Below, piece by piece: positions 30,110-43,620 of a stretch of 64,000 nucleotides of DNA. The notes under the pieces were generated by a model. It saw only the letters and a program-made list of their open reading frames with translations, had not been told where the DNA came from and searched no databases. The position numbers were made by a program, and so were the translations under genes. The stretch is taken from NCBI RefSeq assembly GCF_009914755.1, contig NC_060926.1. One strand, written 5' to 3'. Every line of letters begins with the position of its first letter. Position 1 is the stretch's first letter. This DNA comes from the human T2T-CHM13v2.0 reference genome, Homo sapiens.

Positions 30110-30300
30110 TTAGGGATTGTGACAGCTAGAAAGAACCTTAGAATTCATCTAGTCCAATACTCCCATTTTACAACCTAAGGACGTCAAGGCCCAGAGAAGA
30201 TTAGTGATTTCTCTATGTTTTTACAGAATGGCAGAATTGGGATTAGAATCTAGGCCTTTTTTCCAGAGGATTTCATTCTAATGTCCAGTTTATACTGCTT
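30110..30300 (-). mobile_element. MIR3/MIR relic
   Basis: gaaccttagaattcatctagtccaatactcccatttta...aaggcccagaga. Confidence 0.65.
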
Positions 30301-30308
30301 TTCCTCTC

Positions 30309-30477
30309 ATATATGTGTATGTCTATATGTATGTGTGTATTAATAAATAATAAGCATATACATGGAGACATATATATTTGCATATGTACACAATATATAA
30401 ATACAACATACATATATATACACATATACAAATATAGTTATATACATTACACACACACACATACACACATACACACA
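30309..30477. repeat. Degenerate (TA)/(CA) low-complexity tract
   Basis: Read directly. Confidence 0.85.
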
Positions 30478-31309
30478 TTTTTTTAAAATAATTTTTTTCC
30501 TGAATGAAATAAGTGTTGGGATGAGCTCATGCACTCCCTCTCTGTCCTTTCCTCTGATAGAGTCAGGTATCCCTATTCGGTTCCCCTGGGATCAAGCCCA
30601 TCTTCCACTAAGATGGATGATACTGAAGCAAAAGGACTAAGAAAGCCCTTGACTTAGCAGATCACTGGCTGAATAAAAAACTCACTGCTCTGGGCCACCA
30701 TCTCAGTTCTGCTGATGGAAGGAGGCTGGATCTGGGAAAAGAGAGATTTAGGTTTAGTACTGGCTAAATCACTGGGTGACCTTGGGTGTTCTCATCTGAA
30801 CAATGAGAGGCTGTATTGTATAAAGTCTTAATTCTTCCCTTCTAACCTTCTGCCTTGAGCTCAGGTTATTTGGGCTGATCCCATGCTGTTTATGTCATCT
30901 TCTTCTATATTAGCTTCTCCTCCATGTCCTATCACCATCCAGTCACTGAACTTCTTGCCTAGCTAGGTGTGTGCTATCTGCTTGTCTGTTTTGGCCCTCT
31001 TAGCTGACCTCCCTAGATGGGATATCTGGACTATGTGATCTGTGTTTTTTGCCAGGCTCCTTTCTATGTAATTATACTTTTGGTCCTGGCTGTTAGACAG
31101 CTGCTTCCCAGGGTCTGATATGACATGAAAGAATGAATAAGTAATGTGGAAAGCAGGTCTCACAAATGAGGAGAGGGAGCTTGCACAAAAATGTAAACAA
31201 AATACTGGGGAAGAAGGAAAAACAAAAGGAATGAAAAAAAGAATGGCATATTATGGCGCTTAAGCATAATACTCTCTGAGAGTGACTCCGGCCTAAAAAG
31301 AACATAAGA

Positions 31310-33056
31310 AGCTGGAGATGAAGCAAGATGGATGAATAGATGCCTCCACCCATTGTCCTCCCCGCAGGAACACCGAATTGAACAATAATCCACACAAAAA
31401 GACATCTTTGTAAGAACTAAAAATCAGGTGAGCAATCACAGTCCCTGGTTTCAACTTCATGTAACTGAAAGAGGCACTGAAGAGGGTGGAAAGACAGTCT
31501 TGAATCACCAACACCACTCCTCCCCATCCCCTGGCAGGTGCGTTGTGTGGAGAATCCACACTCTTGGGAGGGGGAAAGTGCAGTGACTGTGGGACTCTTC
31601 ACTGGAACTCAGTGCTGCACTGTCACAGCGGAAAGTAACACGAGGCAGAACTCAGCTGGTGCCCACAGAGGGAGCATTTAGACCGGCCTTAGCCAGAGGG
31701 AAATCACCCATCCCAGTGGTCAGAATCTGAGTTCCTGCAAGCCTTGTGGGCTAATGTGGTCTGGGGTTCTATATAAACTTGAAAGGCAGTCTGGGCCTCA
31801 AGGACTGCAACTCTTGGGCAAGTCCTGGGACTGTGCTAGGCTTGGAGCCAGTCGACTGTAGGGGCATGTGAGCTACTGAGACACCAGCTGGGGTGGCCAA
31901 TGGAGTGCGTACATCACCCTCCCCCAACCCCAGGACCAATGCCTTTCACTCATTCAACAAATGTTTGTTAGGTATCTCCTGTGTGCCAGGCACTGTTCTA
32001 GGCACTGGTGATGTAAGCGTGAGCAAAACCAAACACCCTGTCTTCATGTTGTTTAAATGTCCAGAAACGTGGCAGTGTTCTACAATAGTGAACATGAGGG
32101 TGAGCCCAGAAGATCCTAGAATATGGATCTCTCATAGCTTTGCGAGGGACTGTGTTTCTTCCACTTGAGGAGAGGAGAGGGAAGAGTAAAGAAGACTTTG
32201 TCTTGCAACTTAGATACCTGCTCAGCCACAGTAGGAACAGGCAGCAGGCAGAGTCCTAAGGCCCCCTTGCTAGGCCCTAGCTCCCAGAAAACATTTCAAG
32301 ATATACCCGGGATGATACTGAAGGGAACCCCCTGTCTTAAAGGGGCTAGGAACCCAGTCCTGGCCAGATTAATCACCTTCTGACTGAAGAGCCTCTGGGA
32401 CCTGAAAATGCAGCAGCAGTACCCAGGCAGTACTTGCCATAGGCCTTAGGTGAGACTCAAGGATGTACTAGCTTCAGGTGTGACCCAGCACATTCCCAGC
32501 TGTGGTGGCCATGGGGAGGGACATCTGCTTGAGAAAAGGAGATGGAAGAGTAAAGGGGACTTTGTCTTGCAGCCTAAGTAACAGGTTGGCCACAGTGGGG
32601 TAGAGCACCAAATGGGCTTTTAGGGTCATTGATTCCAGGCCTTGGGTCTAAAATGCCATTTCTGGACCTGCCCTGGGCCAGAGGGGAGCCAACTGCGCTC
32701 GAGTCCTAGCCCTGGCAGCATTCACCACAAGCTGACTAAAGAGCCAGTGGGCCCTGAGTGAACACCTGTGGTAGCCAGGCAGTACTTGTCATGGGCCTAG
32801 GGCAGTGGTGGTCATGGGAAGAGACTCCTTGGTTTGTGGAAAGGGGAGGTAAGAGTGGGAAGGACTCTGTCTAGTAGCTTGGGTGCCAGCTCAGCCACAG
32901 TAGAAGAGAGCACCAGGAAGATTCCTAAGGCTTCTGACTCCAGGCCCTGGCTCCTGGATGGCATCTCTGGACCTGACTGAGGATGGGGGAAACTCACCAT
33001 CCTGAGGGAAAGGACACAAGCCCGGCTGGCTTCGCCACCTGCTGACCGTAGAGCGC
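31310..33056 (+). mobile_element. Old L1 (L1M/L1MA-type) 5' UTR with internal repeated monomers, no ORF1
   Basis: Starts agcaagatggatgaataga. The monomer ...gaggagagggaagagtaaagaagactttgtcttgca... recurs near 32170, 32530 and 32840. Confidence 0.8.
31931..32129 (+). repeat. Copy of 35359-35553 inserted into the L1 5' UTR
   Basis: Manual alignment gives about 20 substitutions plus one 4-nt indel in ~199 nt. Confidence 0.93.
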
Positions 33057-33057
33057 T

Positions 33058-33510
33058 TCATGTGTTTATTACCGATATTTGTTTTCTATTCTTTAGAATG
33101 CCTTCTTACGTCTTTCCCCTTTTTCTATTATATTGTTGTCTTCGTATTAGTCCATAGAAGATTATTATATATACATGGTGCTAATATTTGTTGGCTGTAT
33201 GTAATACCAATGTCTTTTTTCGGGTTGTATTTTGGCTTTTAATTTTCTCTAGGGTGTCCATTGATGAACAGAAGCTCCTAATTTTCAAGGAATGTTAATG
33301 CTTTTTGCATCTGATTTAAGGATCCTTTCTCTTCTCTTCCCTCAGGTCAAGAAGGACTTTTTAAAAAGTTTATTATTACTGTTATATAAAAATGCAATTA
33401 ACATTATTATATTGATCTTATATCCAGTCACCTTGTAAAACCTTCCTATTATTTCTAGTAACTGTCTACACATTCTTTTGGGTTTTCTATGAACATATCA
33501 TAATATCTAC
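33058..33510 (-). mobile_element. Ancient L1M (L1ME-like) fragment
   Basis: ttgatgaacagaagctcctaatttt and tatattgatcttatatccag are antisense L1 ORF2 motifs. Confidence 0.6.
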
Positions 33511-33559
33511 CCCCCCCCACCAAACCAAAAGCAAGTGAATTTAAAAAAAAGTTTTTAAA

Positions 33560-34750
33560 CCCAACACAAAAATTCTTGAGCCCCAAAAATAAATAAAAAA
33601 GACAGAAGATAGAAAAACAGAAACATCAAAAATGAACAAGCTTAGTGTCTTTCTGAAAAGTTTAAAAGAAGAATAAGATAACATAAGTTGAAAGAAGAGG
33701 ATGATAAAAATAACAAAAGTTAATAAAATGGGGTGGTGGTAGAGGGGCACGATACAATAGGTTCAGCCAAGTTAAAAATTGGTTTCTGGAAAAGACAAAA
33801 TTGGCAAACCACTAGGAAGTCTTAAAAAAAGAGAAATGATAAATAATATTATTAATAAAAAGGACAAATAACTACAGATACAATAGAGACTAAAACGATA
33901 AGCAAACCCAATCAGGTGGTTTATGTCAATAAACATGAAAACTTAGACAAAAGGGATATATTCTCATATAATTTATAAAATTTATCAGAATTGATAGTGC
34001 AATAAAGCCTGAGAGTATTATAACTAGTAATGAAATAAACTAGTAATAAACTATTAATAAAAGTCACTAACCATCTGCCTACAAACAAAACATCAAACCC
34101 TGATATATTAACAAATTTTCTCACAAATTCAAGGGCTAAATCATTCTAACTTATACAACTTATAAAGAACTGAAAAATAGGGAATATTTCCCATTCATTT
34201 TATGAGATCAGTATTATTTTGACATCAAAGTACACGACAAAGTACAAGAAAATAATGTCGCTGACACATTTCAACTCATTTATTAAAATGGTTAATAAAA
34301 AATAAAATTTGTTAATAAATCAATATAGATACAGAAATCTTAAATATGACATTAGCTGACTAAATGGATCATTATTTACAAAAAATATCATAGCTATATA
34401 GGGTTTATCTCAAGGATGTAAGACTGGTTTAATTTTTAAAATATATAAGTATCTTTCATTTAAGGCATTAAAGGCAAAAACCATATGATCATCCCAAAAG
34501 ATGCATATATAACTTCTGATAAAATTCAACATGACTACGTGATTCTAAAAAAACCCTTCTTAGTTAAGGAGGCTTAAAGACAACTTCCACAACCTGATTA
34601 AGTTAATCTACCCCAAAACAAAACTAAAAACAAAACAGTTACAACAAACGTCATCATCCTGAATGGAGAAACACTGGAAGTATTCCCTTTAAATATCAAC
34701 AACAATCAAGAATGTCTATCACCACCAATTTAACTCAACATTGATTATAG
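33560..34750 (+). mobile_element. Ancient L1M ORF2 fragment
   Basis: A-rich, with tggtttctggaaaaga, cattcattttatgagatcagtatt and aaaaaccatatgatcatc...tgataaaattcaac. Confidence 0.7.
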
Positions 34751-35358
34751 ATTCTTTTAGAAGCACATATCCCTTTCATAGAATCTCACATACAAACCTT
34801 CCTCTTAAAGGCAACTCTTAAAACAGATGTTCTTAAACCTAAGGCACTGTGTTCTGAAAAGGTAGAACACTCTTCCCACCCCAAAGCCATTATCCAGTTT
34901 CTTTTAAAAAATACTGCTCAGAAGCATAGCACATTTGAGCAGTCAATTTAAAGAAGCGGGGGAAAAAGGGAAAGTATAATTTGACATAGTTAGTTGTAAA
35001 TCCAGGAGTATTATCCAGGCTAAATATCATCTCACCCTGGGACCAAGGAATTAAGCTCATTTTGCTCTTTCATCTTCAACAAATGCAGAACTTAAAGAGC
35101 TGTTTTAGCCCATAATTTCATTCATCTTATGATCCAACTGGTATTATACTGAATAACATTTGTAATTTGACTGTATTATGTGAGTGAACTTTGCACTCCC
35201 AGGAGAACCAAAGAGACATTTTATGGCACTGAAGTGACAATTTTTTTTAAAAAAAGATCCGTCTTTTTAACATTTGAGAAAGGTACTAGAAATATTGTTT
35301 TGCTTATGCTTTGTTCTGAAAATCCAGCTAAGTTTCGAATGAAGAGAATGATTTATTT

Positions 35359-35553
35359 CAGGACCAATGTCTTTCACTCATTCGATAAATGTTTGTTAGG
35401 TACCTCCTGCGTGCCGGGCACTGTTCTAGGCACTAGTGACATAAGCATGAGCAAAAACACTCTGTCCTCATGTTGTTTAAATGTCCAGAAATATGGTAGT
35501 GTTCTACAATAGTAAATATGAGGGTGAACCCAGGAAATCCTAGAATATGGATC
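35359..35553 (+). repeat. Probable donor copy of the 31931-32129 duplication, containing an antisense L2 terminus
   Basis: Aligns to 31931-32129 and includes cattc...tgccgggcactgttctaggcac. Confidence 0.9.
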
Positions 35554-36733
35554 CCCTATCCATCCCATGTGCTTTCCCTTTCTCTCCAAAAGCTTTCCAT
35601 TACTGTCTTGAAGGTAAAAGAAAAATGTCTGGGTTGATTGCCTTCCAGGCTTTGGTCACTGCATCACACCAGAGCTACACCTCACTGAGCCTTTCTTGGG
35701 AAATTTATTTATAATAATAACATAGCCAGCATCAAAAGGGCACCTTTCAAAAAGGCATGTGGCATATGCTGTCTGATTAAAATCCTGCAATTAGGTATTA
35801 TCGTCATTTGGTGGGTGAGAATCCGAGGCACAGAAAGGCTCAGTGATCCAACATTATAGAAATTAATTCAAGTTTCTTTGACTCCAAAACCTTTTTGAAC
35901 ATTTTCTAGTATATCTGGTTGCCTCATTCATTCATTCACCTTCTCATCAAATACTGAGTTACGTATCAAAGGAATTCTGAATTTCATGTTATTCTTCTGA
36001 GTATGAGTATAGTCTTTATCCATAATCCATAAATATCCTATTTTCCCCAGCTGTGTAATACTGTGCAACCCAGACAGACCCTCCTTTTCCCTCCCTCACC
36101 ACAGAGAATGGTATAGAAAAACTCAATTAGGCCAAATAAGGATAGGATAAGGGGCACTCCTCCTTCCCTTCCTCCCTCCCTGCCTCCCTTCCTTCCTTCT
36201 CCATTGAGCTTACATTCCACTAGGGGGATGGTAGACAGGATAAATTCTAAGCTCTTTTCCAACATAAAGGCTCTAGCTTATTAGAAATGGGGAGAATAAG
36301 CAGAAATAAAGAGGCAAGTATTTTGGTGTTGTGGTTGTATAGCGAAGGCTGCAGGACAGACTCAGGTTTACAAATCTAGGCTTGTTCATCACCTGTGCTC
36401 TGGGCTGCTCCTCTACTCACCTCTCAAATTCACTGGCACACACAGATCACACCCACTGCCAGTTGGTACCACATTTGTATTATCAATTACCCTCACAGAA
36501 CTGTATGACCTCTGTTCTGCTAACCAGCTGTAGGGAAACACTGGCAGTCAGAGGATGTCACCACTCTCTTCTCACCCTCTCTTCATTCCCTGATTTGCTC
36601 ACTTGCCCCTCAGAGAAATCCTCTTCCCCTTTATGCCCACCCAAACCTGATTCTTCAAGACTCACCTCAAGCCCCCTTCAGGAAGATACTTTGGCTACCT
36701 CATACCTTTTGCTTAGAACTATGTTGGGATTCA

Positions 36734-37065
<332 letters not shown>

Positions 37066-38896
37066 TCACAGTCCATTCATTCACCCAGCATTTCAGTAGG
37101 GATTCAGTAAGCACTTGCCATGTGCCAAGGATTCAGTATGAAACACCATGATCTCTGGTGTTAAGGGATAAGCAGCAGAGAACAAGAGCAATTTGATGGT
37201 CAGGGTGAAACCAAGGTGTTATGGGATCACAGAGGAGGGGCACACACCCAGATCCAGATCAACAGTACAACTGCTGGGAATTGATTCCATAGATATCCAC
37301 AGAAGACAAGTTAAGTGAATGATGGTACAGCCATACAATGTAGCTGGAACAAAGAACAAGGGAGACAGTGCACTGACATGGAATGATCTCCAGGATATAT
37401 TAAGTGGGAGAAAGCAAAACAAAACAAGATGCAGGATAGTGTACACAGTGTGCTCCCTTTTGCGTAAGAAATTTGCATTTCTTTGCTTTGTTCAATGAAA
37501 GACTGGAAAGATGAACAAAAAAAAAAATCAATAAAAATGGTTACCTATATGGGGCTAGGGACACAGAGATGGAGGAGAGAATTCTATGTTCAAAACGACA
37601 AAGTCAAATTTTGAAAATGATATCTGAGAAAAACTTTGAGAAGCTCTCCACGTAGCAGAGACTGCTGAATACTGAAGCATGAAGACTCACTTCCTAGTCA
37701 CTACAGCATTTGTTCACAGAGTGACAAAACATCAAGCCTGGCAGTATCTGGAAGATATCTCTTCCCAAAGAAGGGAGGGAAGACATGTGCTGAAGATCAC
37801 CAAGTAAGTTATGGTCCAAGAAGACACATGCCTTCTCCAAGATGGGTATTTAGGTCCTTCCACACATCTCAAAGATTTCATGGGACACTGTGGTGCAATG
37901 AATGCTGTTGGCATAGCTTCCAGGTTTTGCCTAAAATATATTGATCCTGTGGCCTTGCCTTCTGAATAATCCTAATAAAACTCAGGAAGACACCAGGAGA
38001 TATCCGGGAAAGAAACATTACAGAATAAAAAGGGACAAAGTGACATATTACATCATAAGACAGAAAGGGCCAAAGAAAAAAAAAAGAGCTCTTATTTTAA
38101 GGTGAAAAAGTTGAGAGTAGAAGAAGAAACATTCTGTATGATGCTTGTGGGGGGTTCATAAATAGAGAAGCAAGCTGACTGGGGAAAGCTGGAAACCAAC
38201 CACTAACCTCTCTGCCTGCACAAGATCCAGAGCCAGCTTGGCCAATGGAAGGGATGCTATCTCCTTTTCTAATTAAATTCCTTAAAGAGTGTGTTGATTT
38301 ATTCATTTATAATAAAATCCTGTTCTAATTAAAATTGAAACTTCTCCCCACCTGATCCAGCCTCACCATATTTCTGGTTTCCATGTAATTGAATTTGAAA
38401 ACAATGATGCTGAGTGATAGCTTGGGATATTGCTGCTTATTGTGAAAGTAAATAATAAAAAAGGAGAATGCTGCTAGGCTTGTTTTGGGAAGGCTTAATC
38501 AGTCCTTTCTCCCTTAGACTGAATTTTAACCACAGTTGAAGATAATATGATATTTCCCTTAATGAAATTGTATATCTGTGGCTAATTTATGAGGGAAGTT
38601 TACCTTTCTGGGGCTTTAGCTTCACATTATTTTAGTCAATAGTTTTTAAGGTCCCTGGGTTCCCCTCTCTCCCTCTGACATCCTCAACCTTCAATTCCAG
38701 AAATTGTTCTGCGTATCAGTCCATTTAATACATAATACTCAGATTTATTAGAATTCTTCAGATTGGAAGCTTTGCCACATCTAATGTCACATCTGAAACA
38801 CCCATGAGAAAGAGGCAAGGTGGGCATTATGTGGTTGATGCGACTAATGCTCAGAAAGGCTGACATGATTTATCTAGGATCAAAAAGTCACTTAAT

Positions 38897-39194
<298 letters not shown>

Positions 39195-40299
39195 TTAATG
39201 ACACAGCCAGCGCTGAAACCCAGGTATGTAAGCTCCCAGTTATGGGCATTTCTAACATACCCAGCCAAAGGGCTCATGGCTTTGGGTTTCTAGGTTCTTG
39301 GAGGTTCACAGAGGAGCCCACTGTGTAATTCGCTGAGTAATACTTGACATTTGTCCTGGTTTTTCCCAAGCTCATCTCCTTGGTTGTATAGTAAGTGTAT
39401 ATCTCTAGGTTTCTGATTAGTTAAGGAGGAGCAGTTGGGATGCAAGAAGGTTTGAAATGGTCTCTCTCTTGATCCTTAAAAGTCAGAGAAAAAGCAATTA
39501 GAATATATCTGTTCTTCTTCCCCCGATACCTGAAAAGACTGCACCTTGCTTTTTCCTCTTGCACATGATAATAGTTACTTCTACAAAGATTCTTCCTGAA
39601 TACCGAGCCCTTTCTTTTCCCCACCTACCCCACTTCTTCAAGAAAGTTCCTTCTACTGACCCCAGTATTTTCATTCTGCAGATGATTGTTAATCTTCCGT
39701 GTCTGGTGTAACCATTCAGTTGGAAGAGTTCTGGCAAGGGGCTCTTTCTAAATGTCTCTATGTGCTTTCGAGCCAAATATAAAACTCTAAGGTCTCCAAG
39801 GAAACCCAAACACCTGTTGACTACATTTTTTTTCTCCATTTTTTTCATCTAATTGCAATTTACCTACTTCACTAGAGCAACGTGAGGATTAACTGTCCTT
39901 GGGTAACTTTCAAGTCTGTAAAGGATTTCTGCCTCCTCAGGGCACATGTTCTCTAAGAGAGACAGAGCCGAAATACTAATAAGAGACTTAATGTGTAGCA
40001 GCCTCGAATAATCTGTGCTCTGTGTTACCACTTCAGACAGTCAGTGTCTCCCTAACACAGTCTGACAAAGACACCGTGGAGGGATCAACAGCCAAGTCTG
40101 AAAGTCCCAGACAGGAGCATGGACTTCCCTTTCAAAGCCCTTGGGAGGAAGTGATATTAACCACCAAATTAGGTAGCTGGACCAGGGCCTGGTGCACCTG
40201 CTGGGCAGGCGGGGGTGTCTGCCTGCTGTCATATTTTGGCACAAACATTTGACAGCTTCTCCCTCCCAATGAACATTTCTAATACCCAAAGGTTAATCT

Positions 40300-40525
40300 T
40301 TTCTTGGCTTCTTCTTGTCACTACTGACATTTTGTACCCATTATCTCCCTGTGGTTGGGGGCTGTCCTGTGCATTGTAAGGTGTTTAGCCTCATCCCTTG
40401 ACTCTGCACAGCAGATTAGTATCCCCTTCCCTCTCTGAGCTGTGACAATTCAAAATGTCTCCAGACATTTGCTGAATGTCACCTGGGGGATGGAGAGGCA
40501 CAATTGCACTGGTGAGACGATCCAT
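40300..40525. mobile_element. MER20 hAT-Charlie element
   Basis: gggggctgtcctgtgcattgtaaggtgtttagc...gtgacaattcaaaatgtctccagacatttgc. Confidence 0.8.
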
Positions 40526-43129
40526 TTTAAATGCCTGATGTATTACTCAGATTATGAGTAAACCTCTACAAAAAAGCCATCCTCAAACATGCTCATGGGG
40601 CTGCAGAAATGTCAGTTGTCTTGGAAACCACTCTTCTCCCATCCCCTAGCAAGTTAGATTTAATTCTGCTCCCCCAACATGAAGTGGAGGAGACACACAA
40701 ATTTTCACAAGTGAAGCAGCATCTGATTTGGTGTTTATTTATTTAGCACCATTGCCTAGTTCCGTTGCCTAGTTTTCTTTCAGCCCTGGCGGCCAAAGCC
40801 TGCTAATTTGCACAGCATTAAGTATCCTTTGCTCCCCTCACCTATTCCACTTCAACCAAGGATTTGTCTTTTGCTTTGAAATTCCACTGTGCAAGCTCCT
40901 TTTTAAAAGTGTTGGGCTGCAACACATTTGAACTTGAGGGGGGTAACACTGGGGGTTCGGTGGTAATGGGAGGGAATGTCCATCAAAGGGTGACAAACTC
41001 TGGGGGGCATCTCTTCCCTCAAAATGTCTCATTAGGGTCCCCAGGCTTGGTCTCCATCTCTGCTGTAGCCTGCAGTCCAATTTAATTGAGCAACGGCCTT
41101 GCTACGGCACACTGCTCTTTCGACAGGAGGGTAAACTCATTCTGTCCATCATGACATTTGCTTTCTTAAGGGCCTCCCAATATGCAACTTAAATAATTAA
41201 ATGCAAGTCACATCACAGCCTCCCTTTTCAAGCCTGTCTGAGGGCACAGTGGGTTCTTTCTGATAGTTAGCTTTTGACCATGTGATTTTTAGAAGCTGGC
41301 TGGGTTTTTTGTTTGTTTTGTTATTGTTTATGACACTTCTCCTCACTAAAACCCCCAAAACTCAGCATAGTGCACACCCAATGTGCATAGCTAAAAGGGC
41401 TGTGGATTTTCTGATGTTGGATGAATAGTGACTAAGAGAAATTTGAGACCCCTGGTTCTGGCAAGGGTCTCAGAGCAGCCTGCTTGTCATGGTCAGTACT
41501 TTTCATTTGTCATCCAGGAAAGTGTAATGCTGGGAGACAAATCCCTTGTGTCCCACTGCGCATGTCCATCCACTTCGAGCTGGGATGGGCCTGTTAAAAA
41601 TAAAGCAAACCTTTAAAATGATCTAAAAAGAGAGAAGTTCCAGGAAGGACTAAAGATAACTCTTACCTGTAGTGTCCACTTTAAACAATAGATTTCTCTG
41701 GGGCAACTTGGAGTGATTATAACGAGTTTGGATTTCGTTGAACCCAATGCTGATTTTGCATATTACAGAGATTTGTCATCTTTAAGTAATGTGCCAGATG
41801 AATGCTTTAAAATAGATGCAACTTTGTGTGAATTTTCTATAATATAGCAAGATCTGATTGCTCTATTAATAGCCAAAGTCCTTGGCCTTGAGAAGGCAGG
41901 ATGGCAGCGTTTTTAAAATTCATCATCTCTGCATAATTAGTTATGAATCTCTAAATATCCAAGCTGAGGAATTAACCAGGAACTAGAGCTGTTATCCCTC
42001 AGCGTCCCTTTTAATATTGTTCCATAGTCATCATTTCCTTGTGTTTTTCTAATTACTGCAAAACCAATTGTTTTTAACTCAACTTCCCTGGCTCTTTGTA
42101 ATTTGTTGAATGTAATCACCTTCAAGTGAAGAAAATGCACTTCTTGTTTGGGAAATTGGGGCTTGATCAGCTGAGTATCATCAAGCGGCTGGGGGACGCC
42201 AGTGCCAAAGCTTTGCATATTTTACCTGACCATTGCATTTTGAGGGTATGAGGCTGGAGAGGGCATGCTGGAAACTGAGCCCTTTGTTGTGGTGATCTAT
42301 AGACCCTACTGGGATTTTATTTGGAGATGTACATAATTTTATAAAAACCAAAAAGAACTAGGAATTCTGGTTCCTTACTCTGAGTGGCCAACAATACGGC
42401 ACTAGGCACTAGAAAACAATGGTTTTGGGTACTGGATTACCTTCTCTCTCAGACTTGTTTCAGTCTGTATGTCTGATTATAAGCACCTAGGGCAGGGCTG
42501 TGCCATTGAACCTTCCCTACTCCTTAGTGTCTAGCAGTGACCTGGACACAGTAGAAGCTGAACAAACCAAATAAACTAGTGTAGAAGTCAAGTCTCTCTC
42601 TTGCTTTCACTCTTTCCCAATCTTCTATCCTCTAGCACTAGAATGTGCTACCCATCTACTACCCAGTTCTACTTGAAGATCCTCAAAGAACAGATATTGG
42701 AAGAGCGAAAGTTTTCAACCTTTACTTCTCTCTTTCATAACGGGTGTGATGCACACTCATCAGTTAAGAGTGGTTCTCTGTGACAGTAATTCCCAATTTG
42801 GGACAGAGACTATGAGAATCAAGCCAGGAGGCACGGGACTATTTAGACAAAGCAAAACAAAACAAAACAAAAGGATTCTGATATGCCTGCAACAGCCTCC
42901 ATGAAGTTTCATCATTGAAGAGTAAACTAAAAGTCTATATCCTTGAGAAAAAATTGGACAAATGGATTCATCATTTTTCTCTAGCAGTGTCCTCAAAGAA
43001 GAAGAAAGGTCCTTATTGTATTTCTCCCTGCAGGTAGCCATGCTGGGTCTTTCTTTCTCTGGACAAGGAAATGTATGCATAAGGGGCTACACAAGACCAT
43101 AGTCAATGCAGTGAGATGGCTGCATTTTT

Positions 43130-43620
43130 ATTTGACACACATTTATTAAATACCTAGGATATGCCATGTCCCCTGCTAAGTTCAGAGCATGAATGACCAG
43201 CAATTTTGGCACTAATGAGGGAGTTGAATGTGCAAACAAACAGGTAAAATATCAAGTGGAAATGAAAGAGATACAGGGTCTTACAGGGGAACAGACAAGG
43301 AGTAGTAACTGGACTTTGGGCGTGGCTGATGAAGGGGCATCCTGAAGACTTCCTGCTGGGGGTAAAGTCTGAACTGAACCTTAAAGATGAAGCAGGGGTT
43401 AAATGAAAGGTTAGAGAAGAAGGGTGTTAGTACAAAAGCCATTCCAGGGAGGCCAGACCATATAAGCAAAAGCATGGAAGCCTCCAACAGCATTGTGTGT
43501 TCAGGACATGCATAAACAAGGTATAAAGTACAAGCCAGGAAATGAAAAAAAGTGAAGCTGGAGAAGCAAGACCGAGGTGGGCTTTGTGAGCCTTGTAAGA
43601 GGAGGTGATTGGATTTAAAA
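43130..43620 (-). mobile_element. L2 relic
   Basis: catatttattaaatacctaggatatgcca...gccattccagggagg...agcaaaagcatgga. Confidence 0.65.

Noticed and set aside
32150-33050. Spaced direct repeats suggesting an array or CRISPR-like structure
   Set aside because: They are diverged ~320-350 bp L1 5' UTR monomers in eukaryotic DNA, with no repeat-spacer architecture.
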